Below are positions 38,148-51,654 of a stretch of 64,000 bases of DNA, piece after piece (within the stretch, counting starts at the first letter, position 1; each line of letters begins with the position of its first letter). The notes under the pieces were generated by a model, which was given only the letters and a program-made list of their open reading frames with translations, was not told the DNA's origin and searched no databases. A program made the translations under genes and the position numbers. The stretch spans positions 83,204,001 to 83,268,000 of the forward strand of contig OZ024740.1 in assembly GCA_964016885.1 (NCBI GenBank). Direction: 5' to 3'. This stretch comes from Eledone cirrhosa. Taxonomy: Eukaryota.

Positions 38148-39288
38148 GACTTCTTAAAGGACAGAAGCCAGACAGTCACAGCAAACGGGGTCCTCTCAAA
38201 GGAAAAATCAATAACAAGTGGAGTGCTCCAAGGAACAGTCCTGGGACCACTACTGTTTTTGGTGGCTCTCTCAGACATGCCCTCTGTAGTACATACAACA
38301 AAATCCCTCACTAGCTATGCTGATAACACTAAGGTAGCACAGAAAATCAAAAACCCGGCTGACGCTGTCCTTTTAAAAGATCTGGATGCCATATACAAAT
38401 GGGCGGGAGAAAACAACATGTTTAATGCTGGCAAATTCAAAGCCCTACAATACAAACCTGCAAGCACAAATACAGTACTACACAGTTACGCAGGACCAGG
38501 AGGGAGCGATATCGCCGTGTCAAAATTGATACGAGACCTGGGCATAGACATGAGCGATGATGCATCTTTTTCCTCACACATCATGAAAGTGGTGACAATG
38601 TGCAGACGACTTGCTGGCTGGATCTTGAGAACTCTCCGGACAAGAGACCGAGACACCATGTTGACACTATGGAGGACATATTTCCTAAGCCGCCTGGACA
38701 ATTGCTCCCAGTTGTGGTCACCCCATAGTGTCTAACTAACCACCGAGCTTGAGGCAATCCAGCGAAGTTACACCAAGAGGATTGCCCCGATGAAGGAGAC
38801 AAGCTACTGGGAGAGGCTAAAGAACTGAACCTCTACTCATTGGAACGAAGATGGGAGAGATACGCAGTCATGTGCATGTGGAAAATCCTGGAGGGACTAG
38901 CACCAAACTTTGGCATTGGGAGCTGGACCAACCGTCGAACAGGACGTCACTGTGTGGTGCCAAAGTTCCCGTCTTCCACATCTAGAATAAGGAGCAGGTA
39001 TTGCAATAGCCTGGGATTCAAGGGCCCTCAACTCTTCAACAAGCTGGTGAGGGATCTGAGAGATTTGCATGGTGTGGAGGTCTTCAAGAAACATCTCGAT
39101 ATCTTGCACTCCAGGATCCCGGATGAGCCTACAGCAAGGCACAAGTGAAACCTAAAGGGAGCAGGAACAAATTCCCTCTTACACCAGTGGCCAACCAATA
39201 CAGGCTCGATATAAAATGTGTAACAAGAATGGCGGTTCCCCAGCATGACCTCAGCTGGATGGCTGCAACAGGTAAAAGAGTAAAAGAG

Positions 39289-39290
<2 letters not shown>
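38148..39290 (+). mobile_element. 5'-truncated CR1/L2-group LINE (RT C-half and 3' UTR), ending (taaaagag)2 then (TA)n
   Basis: SGV.QGTVLGPLLFL, YADNTK, RDLG, RLDNCSQLWSP, LE.IQR, LERR.ERY...WKIL.G..PN. Confidence 0.85.
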
Positions 39291-39385
<95 letters not shown>

Positions 39386-39449
39386 CGTAAGATAAGAAAA
39401 TTATGAAATTATAAAAAAATTTATAAAATTGACTTACTTACTAAAATAT

Positions 39450-39533
39450 AACTTCCAACTAATTAGTTTCTGGAATGGAGTAAATATATTTTCCGAAGAA
39501 CATACTGAGAAGCATTCCGTCGTCAGGAAAGTC
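39450..39533 (-). ncRNA. Type I hammerhead ribozyme with palindromic stem III, in a non-coding insert between (TA)n tracts
   Basis: Minus strand gactttc CTGACGA c-ggaatg...cattcc-a GAAA ctaattag TT ggaagtt; aactaattagtt is a perfect palindrome. Confidence 0.7.
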
Positions 39534-39890
39534 TCTTTTCATGTAAGTTTCCAGGCATAGCGAGGACTCTGGAAACTTATTAAAAAAATAATTTAGTGAA
39601 GAGGAAATAGCGAAGCGTGGACTGAAATCCTAGCCATTGAGAAAATCACTGTCTCTACGTCCGTGGCAAATTCAAAAAGAATCAATCACGTGACATCGAG
39701 GTCAATCAGTGGAAAGCGAGTTGTTAATAAGACAGCGGCCTGCTTACTACTATAGCAGCAGTCATGGCTAATATTGCTCGACAAATGAATTGGAGATAAT
39801 TATAAAGAATGTATATCTATATATATATATATATATACATATATTATGGAATACTGTTGGCTTCTTGCTAAAAGAATTTCTATACCTTTC

Positions 39891-39959
<69 letters not shown>

Positions 39960-40064
39960 TATATTCATATATACATTTACAATTTGCTTACACGCCGAAA
40001 ATTAATACTCCATGGCATTTGATCACTGACAACTGCTTATTTCAATAATAATATACCACATATA

Positions 40065-42270
40065 CCTCTCCACCCTAATTTTCCTCTTCAAGCGAAACTT
40101 GAAAAAGTTAATCAGGGATTGGCTGGAGAGGTAAGTGTCACTCTTCAACCTTTTCAACGTTGTCCACCACACAATCTCTTTCGCCATACCCACCAGGCAG
40201 ATGAAAACTGCCCGCTCTCCCTCCTCTTTAAAGGAGGATGGCAGCAGCTGTTCGACATAGCTTCACAAGTCAACAATCCTCAGGCACTGAACGAGTGAGT
40301 GCAGGTCGGTTTCGTCGCTCTGCGCTCATCTCGGACAGGCTCGGCTGGCAGCATCTCCGTACCTGTAGAGTTTATCTCGAAACGGCAACGCTCCCCGGTA
40401 GCACTGCCAGGCCAGGGACTTCTAAAAATTGTCCATAGGGCCCGGTTTGAAATTTCTCTTGAAGAGACCGAACATGTGATCGTCTTCGACGCCCAGGGTC
40501 TCCCCGAAAACGTTGTCACCCTTTCCCTCCACTAGCCCACTATAGAACGCCGAGGTGGATATGTCACTGATACTAGTGCCCAGCTGGTAGAGAGCGGTGA
40601 GAACTTGGAGACATTCCAGCTTCCATGTGCTATCACTCGGTATTTTGCTGATCCAGGACTGCAGCTCCCTCAAGGAGACGAGCTGGGGAAAAGCGCGTCT
40701 GGCAAACGGCGACTACACCGTCAAGGAAGCACCAGAGATGTCGCAGCCTCAGCGCATGTTTGCGAATCATCAGCCACGGCATGCCTAGTCCTCCACGCAA
40801 CGGGTGTTGACAGCAAATGTATCGTCTGACCATGGGAGTACGTCGCTTCCACAACAGGCGGAAGAGAAAGCGCTCCATTTTGGTCAGAGTTGGGCGGGGG
40901 CAAGGTACGAAGGTCACGCGGTAGCAGATGACGGACGCGATGTACGCATTCACCACCTCCGTACGACCTTTCAGAGACAGCTTCCTCTTGGCCCATTTCT
41001 GGGTGAGTGAGGCCACCCTGCTCTTCACCTCGCTCCAGTGTTTCTCCATCTGGAGGTCAGGACCGAACCAGACGCCGGGTAGATGTCGCTAATCCTCGCA
41101 GCGAAAACATGCCCGAAGCAGGCCGCCTCGAGGACCGCAGCCAGGTATCTATGGTCGACCCTATCAAATGCTTTAGATTGTTCCAAGTTTATAAGGGCCC
41201 CGCCCGTGCCAGGTTCCTTAACCACCTTCTCTATGATGTATCGAATGAGATGGAGGTTGTCGTGAATGGATCTGTCCGGAATGGCGCATGTCTGTGCCTT
41301 TCCCACCAGATCACCGACGAATCTCTTTGCTAACAGCTTGGCCAAACTCTTAAACTCTGCGTTTAGCAGAGATATGGGCTTGAAGTTGTCTATAATGTCC
41401 CCCTTGTTCGGGTTTTTTCTCAGCAGCGCCACCGCTGCCCAGCTCACAAATCTGGGAATTCTCCCGTTCTGCTGCCAGTTGCAATAGACATCTGCCAAGA
41501 GGTCCTCGAACAAGTCTGGTATATGTGCATAAAGCTCGTAGGGCAGACCATCCAAACCTGGCGATTTACCCCTCGTGCAGTCAGACATCGCTTCCCGTAT
41601 TTCACCTGCTGTTATCGGCTTTTCGCAGCACTACGTTGCGGTCGTCGAGAGTTGCGGAAGTCCACCGAGGTATGCACCGAAGTCCATACTCCGATCCGCG
41701 CCGCCGTCGCTCCCGAATAATTGAGCAAAGTGCTGTTGAAAAGCTCGGGTTCGAGCAACATGCACCTGTTTTGATCAGGCAAAGACCGAATTGTGGACTT
41801 GTTTCGACGTCGCGCCTCCACCACCCGGTCACATTGAAAGGCTTTCGTCCCCTCGTGTCTTAGAGCACGCGCTCTAGCTCTGACAATGCAGCTTTCATGT
41901 TTTGCGTTGAAGAATTGGTCGAGTGCCAATCTCGCCGCAAGCACGTCGGTTGCGATGCCTGTCCTAAACGCCTCTTCTAGCTTTCTAACTAACTCTCCCT
42001 CTATTCTATTTTCCTCTATCACTACTCCTTTGCTAAACCTTACCGATTCTACTGTAATAGCCCTTTTCAGGTTAAACCACCACCTGTTGTTGACGATCGA
42101 ACACGTCAACGCACGCTTAACTAATTCGCTAATCCGGTGTCTGTAAGCTTTGCGGATTGGGAAGGACGCCTTCACCTGCGAGTAACCGGGCCATTACCTA
42201 TGGAGTCTATCTAAGTCAACTTCACAGATCACAAATGTGTGGTCCGTGTAGTCAACTACTTCAAATTGTG
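40065..42270 (-). mobile_element. Multiply deleted Tx1-like ORF2 remnant, close to the 47.9-53.9 kb element
   Basis: KSPGLDGLPYE, KAFDRVDH, KLSLKGR, PGPMDNF; collinear with 48.3-51.0 kb but with internal gaps. Confidence 0.88.
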
Positions 42271-42344
42271 GTATGTTGGCAAAAAGTAATAAGAAAACAC
42301 ACACACAAATACATCGCTGCCACAATAATAATCATAATAATAAT

Positions 42345-42448
42345 GATATATTTATTGGCCACAAGGGCTGACATGAAGAAAAACATTACAGACAGCACAG
42401 GACGGTACAGGACGGTACAATGTGGGTTTTGTGCATGTAAAGATTTTT
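42345..42448 (-). mobile_element. ~100-bp Tx1-like 3'-end stub between (AAT)n runs
   Basis: tttattggccacaagggctg.cat.aagaaaaacat matches the 3' end at 47921. Confidence 0.85.
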
Positions 42449-42466
42449 AATAATAATAATTATTAG

Positions 42467-44715
42467 TATTTCATTTATTAGCCACAAGAGCCGACATGTA
42501 GGGGACAATACAAAGCCAGGGACAGTGGGGTTTACAAAAAGGTCGAGTAAAAGTGCACAATGGCAAGACTAATTTAACAATGGAGATATAAGAATATAAA
42601 ATAAACTATGCATAAATATAACAAAATAAATTCCCCGATAGGGGGTGGACGACCCTGGGGTGACAGGGGTACGCCACCAATCATGAACCACCCTGCTATT
42701 CTAGGGCACCCAGGGAGAGCATCCCTCTCCTCAAGTTAGCTAGCCTATAGGCGCATGGTCAGAGTAGGCCCATTCACACGAGCCATTCTCGCCACATTCA
42801 TCCACCTTTTACCAAATGTACTGGGGGGCAGCACTTCTCTCCCACCCTCACCTTCCTTTCCAGGTGAAACTTGAAGAAGTTGATGAGGGATTGGCCGAAG
42901 AGAAAAAACTGTCTATCTTCAGTCCTTTTAAACTGGTCCACCATATAACCTCTTTCGCAACTGCCACCAGACCGAGAAGAATTTCCTGCTCTTCCTGGCC
43001 TAAGGAAGGCGGCGGGTCGATCTTCACTATGGACTCGGCCGATAGCGGATCCGTTCAACACGCGACAGTAGCTGTTGGGCATAACGCCAAAAGTCAGTAA
43101 TGGACGGACATTGGACAAGTGCTTGCAGAACGGTTTCGTCGTTCTGTGTGCATCTTGTTCTGACCACACCTGTTCACCTTTGAGGCAGAATATCTGGAGA
43201 TGTCGTAGCCTCAACGCATGTATGCGCATCAAAAGCCACGGCATGACCATCCCTCCGTGTAGAGGGTGGTGGCAGCAGATGGACCACCTCACCAACAGAA
43301 CTTGTCTCCTCCACAAAAATTTGAAGAGGAGCCGTTCCAACTTGACGAGGCGCGGACGGGGGCAAGGCACGACGGTCAGGCGGTAGTAGATGACGGACGC
43401 GATGTACGCATTCGCCACTTCAGCGCGACCTTTCAGTGATAGCTTCCTCCCAACACATTTTTGGGTGAGACTGGCTATTCTGTTCGTTACCTCGTCCCAA
43501 TTCTTTTCCACCTGGAGGTCAGGTCCGAACCAAACCCGTCCAGCTCTCCACGACGCTGTTGGACGGCATGGGCTTGCCTCTCCAGGTTCCGAGCTGCATG
43601 CCCAATGACTTTTCCGGGTTAAGTTTGGCACCTGTCAACCTTTCATATTCCTTCAATAAGGTCCCGACCACCTCGAATTCTGATGTGTTCGACACCATCT
43701 CAGTGATGTCGTCCGCATAAGCCGACACCGCCTTTCCACGTCCCGGTTCGAGCGGGATGCTCTGCAACAGCTCCAGCTTCCGCAGTAAAGGCTCGAGAGT
43801 CAATACGTACAGAAGGGAAGAGAGAGGGCACCCTTGACAGACCGATCGGGAAAGCCGAAATGGTTCCGAGAGGTGGCCATTAACCTTGACCACCGAGCGT
43901 GTGCCGCTGTGCATTGCAGCGATCCAGCTTCTGAAGACAGGGCCGAACACCGCTTCTTTGAGGACAAACTCCAAATACCGGCTTCGACCCTATCGAAGGC
44001 TTTCGATTGATCTAAATTGATAAGTGCCCCACCGAAGCCAGGTTTACACCCTACCCTCTCTATGATGTATCGCATGAGGTGGAGATTCTCGTGTATGGAC
44101 CTGGCTGGGATTGCGCAAGTTTGCGTCTCCCCAACCAAATCCTCGACGACAAGCGCCAATCTCTTTGCTAACACCTTGGCCAAAATCTTAAACTCTGTGT
44201 TGAGCAAAGTTATGGGCCTGAAGTAATCTAATGTATCCCTCTTGTTCTCGTCTTTCCTAATCAGCGTCACCACTCCCCTGCTTACAGAACTGGGAATACT
44301 CATATTCTGCTGCCAGTTGCAGTAGAGTGCTTCGAGGAGATCGGAGAACAAGTCTGGCATATTTACGTAAAGCTCGTAGGGTAGGCCATCCAAACCGGGT
44401 GACTTGCGCCTCATACAGCCGACACGGGCGTCCTGAATTTTGGCTGAAGTAATCGGCCTTTCGCAGCGCTCAGCATCGACCGTCGAGATGCGCGGCAATT
44501 CGTCAGGGTAGGGACTGAAATCCGCTACTCTCTCTGACTCGCCACTCTCCCCGAAGGACCGAGCAAAGTGCTGGCGAAAGGTCTCACACATCCGCTTGGA
44601 ATTGCTTATCTCGCGTCCGTCTCGGTTCGCCAAGGACCGAATTGTGGTTTTATTACCAGCTGCGCCTCCGACACGCGGGCCCATCGAACGGCTTTAGTTC
44701 CCTCGTTTCTCAGCG
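42467..44715 (-). mobile_element. Tx1-like 3' half (RT to 3' end) of a subfamily closer to the 21-27 kb element
   Basis: LELLQSIPLEPG..KAVSAYADD and RKDENK shared with the 21-27 kb ORF2; AATAAA then (ATT)n tail. Confidence 0.88.
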
Positions 44716-47700
44716 CAGTCCGTCGAGGTAGACACTAAAGTCCATCCCTCGATACGGCCCCCTGCTGCCCCCGAACAGTTGTGCAAAGTGTCGCTGAAAA
44801 GGTTCACACATTTGCCCGGGATCGAGTAGCATTCGCCCGTCGTGGTCCACCAAAGACTGGATCGTGGCTTCGTTACCACGACGCGCCTCCGCCACTCGAG
44901 CCCATCGAACGACTTTCGTCCCCTCGTATCTGAGAGCATGCACCCTACCTCTGACAACGCAGCCTTCGTGCTTTGCATTGAAGAATTGGTCAAGGGCCAA
45001 ATTCGCCGCAAGCACGTCGGTAGCGATGCCTTTGCACAGATCACGAATTTGTGGTCCGTGTAGCCGATTATCTTGAATTGTGGACAGCCTATGCTAGACC
45101 TATCTATTTCCCTACAAAATACTCTATCTAGATGATGTGGATGACCCTATGCGATTTTTCCAAGTCCACATTGGTCCATTCGGGAAATCCAATCGGTACC
45201 TGTCAGACACTTCAAAACGCCTAAGCAGGTTGGTGAGGCTCTTGCACCCTCCTCCCCTATCCGCTAATTCCACACAGTCCCAGCGTCCATCTAAGATCCC
45301 GTTCCAGTCGCCCACTAACACTAAAGAGCGGGAAGTTCCAAGAAATGTCCCCAGACGCAGGAAGAAATCAGGCCGCCCTGCTCCTGTCGGGGCATAGGCG
45401 ACCACTTGCCTGAAAGCTTGCTCGTCTCCGCTGGTCACGTCCAGCAACACCAACTTACCCAACTTACCCTCTGGGTCCAGGAAGATGGCTCGTATGGCGA
45501 AATCCAAACCTCTCCGAAAAAGCACAGCAACTCCTCCCCTCGATCCAGGACGGCTGGGAGATGCGTACACATCGTAGCCGCCGAAGATCGGTGTGAAGGC
45601 CCGTGCTTCAGAGATTCCGGTCTCGCTGATGACCACTACATCTATGTTTAGTGACCTGAGGTCGTTGAGCAGGTGGCCCTGCTTCCATGACGACCTCAAG
45701 GCACGCGCATTTATACTGCCTATTCTGAGTGAGGTCATGTTGAAATGGAGTGGAAAAGATGGGAAAGACCACTTACCTTACTTCTCGTAGAGGAAGGATG
45801 GTTTCTCCATCCTTTTCATTGCTTCTGAACACCTCCGGAAGGATGTCCTTATAAATCCTCCTGGAGAGTGCTTGTCGGAAATCTCCGATGTCTTTGGGGA
45901 ATTGTTGTTTTAGTGTTGTGTACGTTTTCTGTGAGATGCGAGTGATTTGGTGTGTGGAGGTGGTGTGAACGTTTGGGTTGTTGTGTAGTCTTTTTCTGTG
46001 ATGCTGATGTTGTGTTGGATGTAGTATAATAATCGATTGTTCAAATTTATTGCTGCGTAGTGTGTATCGTTTTGGTTGTTTTGTTTTGTTTGCGTTTGTT
46101 GTTGGTTTGATTCTGTTTCGCATTTTGTTGACCTTTGTGGTGTTGGGGTTAATGATGGTGATGGTGTTGGTGTTTGTGGTAATGGGGTTGGTGATGCTGG
46201 TGTGGATGGTGGCATAGCTGTCCTAACTTTTTGTTTGATAGTTTATTTGTTACCTTCTGTATTTTGTTTTAGGAGAGGGAAGGAAGAGAATTTTTTTCTT
46301 TTTTCGTTTCTTTTTCTTTTTTTTCTTTTTTCCTGATACCGTTTCCCACTCCTCGTCGTCACAATCTGTCTCCATTTGCGATAGGTCGGGGAGTTGAAAA
46401 TCCTCGACAGGCGTTGGTTTTGGTTGTGGCGTGGTGGATGGTGTAGGTGCTGGTTCTAGTTCTGGCGCGTTGGGTGATGGTGGTGTTGGTTTTGCTACTG
46501 TTGCTGGGGTTGTTGCTGTTACAGTTGCTTCTGTTGTTGCTGCCATTTCTGCCGCTGGTGGTGTTGATGGTTGAGTCACAGGGGTGGGTAAGACAGTGGC
46601 CTGAACCTTTTAGCCTGAGGGCAGAAAGCCCTTAGGTGGGTTCCTTCACCACAAACGACACACCTAGGCCTTCTGCCCTCGACGATTACGGTGAGGTGGC
46701 TACCGTCAGTGAGGGCTACTACCTCTAGGATCTCCTCAATGCTTTTTTGGTCCGCTTGGATCAGTAGCTCCATCCCAGATCCGGACCAGTTCTCCTGCTT
46801 TTCTTTCGCTATTTCGATTATCTTGATGTTGGCCTCGATGCCGGCGTGGACGGCAGCCATTGGCCAGGGAATTTCGATGACCTGTGGAACGTGGGTCACC
46901 CTGATCTTCACAAGTCTCTGGCCACAATAGCTTGGGACGAGTTTGAAGTCGTCCCTTCTTAATGGGGCCATTGAGTGTTCTCTGGCCTCCTGTGGTGTTC
47001 AAAAAAACACGTCCACGGTTCAATATTTCTGCTCACGTCTGATGTGGTTTTTCTTGCCCACACATGTCCCAAAGATTTTTGGATTTGGGACTCGGATGCC
47101 CGTTCCACTCGGTGAGATTTAATGTTAATTGTTCTATAAGACACGGTGCATAGGCGCCGATGCTCCATTTTATTAGATGGGGGTGGGGTGAGGCTGACCC
47201 TATACTCATCTTTCTTTACCATTCTCTTGGCTTCTTCTAATTCCTCCTGAGTTACCTGGATTGCTTCGCACTGTTTTGCTACTAGACAGGGTGGTTTTCT
47301 TATTCTCATTGTTGTTGTTGCTGTTGTTATCGTTATTTTTGTTATTTTGTTATTTTTGTTATTTTTGTTATTGTTAATTTTAGTTTCAGTTGTGGTAGTG
47401 GTGGCGTCAGTGGTGTTCGGTGTGGAACAGTTCATTCGATGTCACGAGATAATTTATTTATTTCTTTTGTTTCTGTTGTCGCTGTGGTGGTGGTGGGGGT
47501 GGCGGCTTCAACACCTGCAGTCATTGTCTGCATGAGGCAAATTTAAAATATTTCTACTGCTTATACTTTTAGTGTTGGTAAACGTAGTAATATTTACAAT
47601 GGTGGTGTCGGTGTGAGGTGTTAGTTTGTGAGAAAGGTGTGACTCTGGGTCGTCCATGATTTTCTTCAAAGAAACATTTTTGTTTGGAAATTATAAAAGT

Positions 47701-47873
47701 TTAAATTTTTGGCTCAAGGCCCCAATCTTTTTTAGTGTCCTTTTCAGAAAACAATGTATGTGGAATTATATAAAGTTAACAATTAAAAATGTCCATAAAT
47801 GGCAATTTCAAACAACTGAAAATAACAAACATTTGCGGAGCTCGCGATAATACGATTTACTACGTATGTCGCC
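44716..47873 (-). mobile_element. Tx1-like 5' half (5' UTR, frameshifted ORF1, APE) of a subfamily closer to the 48-54 kb element
   Basis: GRRPRCVVCGEGTHLRAFCP; MTSLRIGSINAR..WKQGHLLNDLRSLNIDVV; 5' end abuts (AAT)n at 47874. Confidence 0.88.
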
Positions 47874-48203
47874 AATAATAATAATAATAATAATAATATT
47901 AATAATAATAATGTGATTTCTTTATTGGCCACAAGGGCTGCCATCAAGAAAAACATCACAGACGGAACAGGACGGTACGATGTGGGTTTTGTGCGTGTAA
48001 ATATTTTTATTATTTATATAAGAAAAGAAAAAAGACATAAAACATATATATATATAAACAATAAAATTAAAATTGACACAATGAAAAATCCCCCAATAGG
48101 GGGGAAACCTCCGAGGGTTACTCGTGGCGAAAACTACACAAAAGACCACGGCCACCCTGACTACCAGGGCAAGCGCACTCTCTCAATTTTTCCATCTCTC
48201 AAA

Positions 48204-51200
48204 CTACAGACGTATATTCAGAGTGGTCCCGTTCACTCGGACCATTCTCGCTACATTCACGCACTATTCAAAAAACTTGCTAGAAAGCAGCACTTGCCTC
48301 TCCACCCTGATTTTCCTTTTCAAGTGAAACTTGAAAAAGTTAATCAGGGATTCGCCGAAGAAGAAAGTGTTTGTCTTTAATCCTTTTAACCTTGTCCACC
48401 ACACAATCTCTTTCGCTATGGCCACCAGGCAGATGAAAACCGCCTGCCCTTCCTCCTCAAAGGAAGACGGCGAGACCATCTGCACAATAGACTCAGTCGA
48501 CAACCGGATCAGTCCCACACGTGACAGCAACTGTTCGACATAGCTCCACAAGTCAGCAATGCCCGGACACTGAACGAGTGCGTGCACAACGGTTTCGTCG
48601 CTATGCGCGCATCTCGGACAGGCTCGGCTGACGGCACTTCCGTGCCTGTAGAGCTCATCTCGAACCGGCAGCGCTCCCCGGTAGCACTGCCAGGCCAGGG
48701 ATTTTTGGAAGTTATCCATAGGCCCCGGGCTGAAAGTTCTCCGGAAGAGAGCAAGCAGCTGATCTTCTTCGACGACCAGGATCTCTCCGAGAACGTCGTC
48801 GCTCTTCCCCTCCACTAGTCCTCTATAGAACGCCGAGGTAGATGTTGCACCGATACTGGTGCCTAACTGGGAGAGGGTAGTGAGCGCCTGAAGACATTCC
48901 AGTTTCCAAGCGCTATCCCTCGGTCTTTTTCTGACCTAGGCCTGCAGCTCCGGCACGGAGACGAGCTGTGGGAAAATGTGCCTGGCGAACGGCGACCACA
49001 CCCGTTCACCATCAAGGAAGCACCAGAGATGTCGCAGCTTCAGCGCATGTTTGCGCATCATCAGCCATGGCATGCCCTCTCTTCCACGCAACGGGTGTTG
49101 ACAGCAGATGGGTCGTCTGACCATGGGAGCGCGTCCCTTCAACAAAAAGCGGAAGAGGAGGCGCTCCATTTTGGTGAGAGTTCGGCTGGAGCAAGGGACG
49201 ATGGTGAGGCGGTAGCAGATGACGGATGCGATGTACACATTCGCCAATTCCGCCCGGCCCTTCAGGGACAGCTTCCTCTCAGCCCATTTCTGGGTGAGGG
49301 AGGCCACCCTGCTCGTCACCTCGTTCCAGATTTTCTCCATCTGGAGGTCCGGTCCGAACCAGACCCCGAGCAATTTAACCGGTCCGTCCGTCCAACGCCC
49401 CACGACGCTGTCGGACGGCATGGACTTGCCTCTCCAGGTGCCTAGCTGCAAGCCCACCGACCTTTCCTGGTTTATCTTTGTTCCTGTCACCGTTTCGTAT
49501 TCCTTGAGAGCGGTGCCGAGCATCTGGACATGTCTGGTGCTCGACACCACCACGGTGACGTCGTGAGAGTAAGCCGACTCGGATTTCCCGCATCCTACTT
49601 CGCGTGGGACGCCACTCATCGCCCCCAGTTTGTGCAGTAACGACTCGAGAGCCAATATGTACAAGAGGGACGAGAGGGGACAACCCTGGCGGACTGAGCG
49701 CATGATGCTGAATGGCTGCGACAGGTGACCGTTCACCCTCACAACTGTGCAGATGTCGTTGTACATTGCTGAGATCCAACGCCTGAAAACGGGCCCGAAA
49801 CCGGCTGCCTCAAGGACCGCCGCCAGGTACCGAAGGTCGACCCTATCGAATGCTTTGGATTGATCCAAGTTGATCAGGGCCCCACCCTTGCCAGGTTTCT
49901 TAACCACCCTCTTTATGATGTATCGCATGAGGTGGAGGTTGTCGTGTATGGATCTGTCCGGGATGGCGCATGTCTGCGCCTCTCCCACCAGATCCTTGAC
50001 GACAAGCGCCAACCTCGTTGCTAACACCTTGGCTAAAATCTTGAACTCTGCGTTTAGCAGAGTTATGGGCCTGAAATTATCAATAACATCCCCCTTGTTC
50101 GGGTCTTTTCTCAGCAGCGCCATTGCTCCCCGGCTCACAAAACTGGGAATGCTCCCGTTCTGCTGCCAGTTGCAGTAGACGTCTGCCAAGAGGTCACCGA
50201 CCAAGTCTGGCATAAATGCATAAAGCTCGTAGGGCAGAGCATCTAAACCTGGCGATTTACCTCTTGTGCAGTTAGCCATCGCTTCCCGTATTACACCGGC
50301 TGTTATTGGATTTTCGCAACACTGTGCTGCGGTCGTCGTGAGCCGAGGCAGTCCGTCGAGGTATGCACTGAAGTCCATGTCCCGATCCGGGCCGCCGCCG
50401 CTCCTGAACAGTTCAGCAAAGTGCTGCTGAAAAGCTTCACACATCCGCTCGGGTTCGAGCATCCCGCACCCGTTTTGGTCAGACAAAGACCGAATTGTGG
50501 CTTTATTACCACGTCGCGCCTCTGCCACCCGGACCCATTGGACGGCTTTTGTCCCCCCGTGTTTGAGAGCACGCGCTCTAGCTCTGACAAGGCAGCCTTC
50601 TTTTTTGCGTTGAAGAATTGGTCGAGTGCCAATCTCGCCGCAAGCACGTCGGTTGCGATGTCTGTCCTAAACGCCTCTTCTATCTTTCTGACTAGCTCTC
50701 CCTCTACTCTATTTTCCTCTATCACTACTCCTTTGCTAAACCTAATCGACTCTACTTTAATAGGCCTTTTCAGGGCGAACCACCACCTGTTGTTGACGAC
50801 CGCTCCCGTCAACGCCCGCTTAACTAATACGCTAATCCGGTCTCTGTAGGCCTTGCGCGCCGGGATAGACGCGTTCAGCTTCCAGTAACCAGGCCCTTGT
50901 CTATGAAGTCTGTCTATGTCGATCTCACAGATCACAAATTTGTGGTCTGTGTAGTCGACTATTTTAAATTGTGGACAACTTATACTAGCCTTATCTAGTT
51001 CCATGCAGAATACCCTATCTAGATACGATCTGGGTGACCCGATGCGGTTTGTCCATCTCCACATTGGCACATTCGGGTGATCCAGTCGATACCTGTCAGA
51101 CTGTTCAAAACGTCTGAGCAGGTTGGTGAGGCTCTTGCACCCTTCTCCCCTATCCACTATCCCCACACGATCCCAGCGTGCATCCAATATACCGTTCCAG

Positions 51201-51622
51201 TCGCCCACTAACACTAAGGAGCGGGACGTTCCAAGAAAGGTCTCTAGACGTCTGAAGAAATCTGGCCGTCCTGCTCCTGTTGGGGCGTAGACGGCTACTA
51301 GCCTGAAAGCGTTGCCTTCGCTGCCGGTCACGTCCAGCACCACCGACTTACCTTCTGGGTCCAGGAAGATGGCCCGTACCGCGAGATCCAAGCCTCTCCG
51401 AAAAAAGACGGCAACCCCTCCCCCCGATCCTGGACGGCTGGGAGATGCGTATACATCGTAGCCGCCGAAGATCGGTGCGAAGGCCCGTGCCTCGGAGATT
51501 CTGGTTTCACTGAAGGCCACCACATCTATGTTTAGTGACCTGAGGTCATTGAGCAGGTGACCCTGCTTCCAAGATGACCCCAGGCCACGTGCATTTATAC
51601 TGCCTATTCTGAGTACAGCCAT
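48204..51622 (-). pseudogene. ORF2 (APE-RT), frameshifted, with the catalytic YADD changed to YSHD
   Basis: ORFs 50303..51658, 48936..50528 and 48264..48815; homologous start MAVLRIGS at 51622; ends RVNGTTLNIRL-TAG. Confidence 0.92.
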
Positions 51623-51654
51623 GTTGGATGAGAAACGGGGCAAATGAGAAAGGG

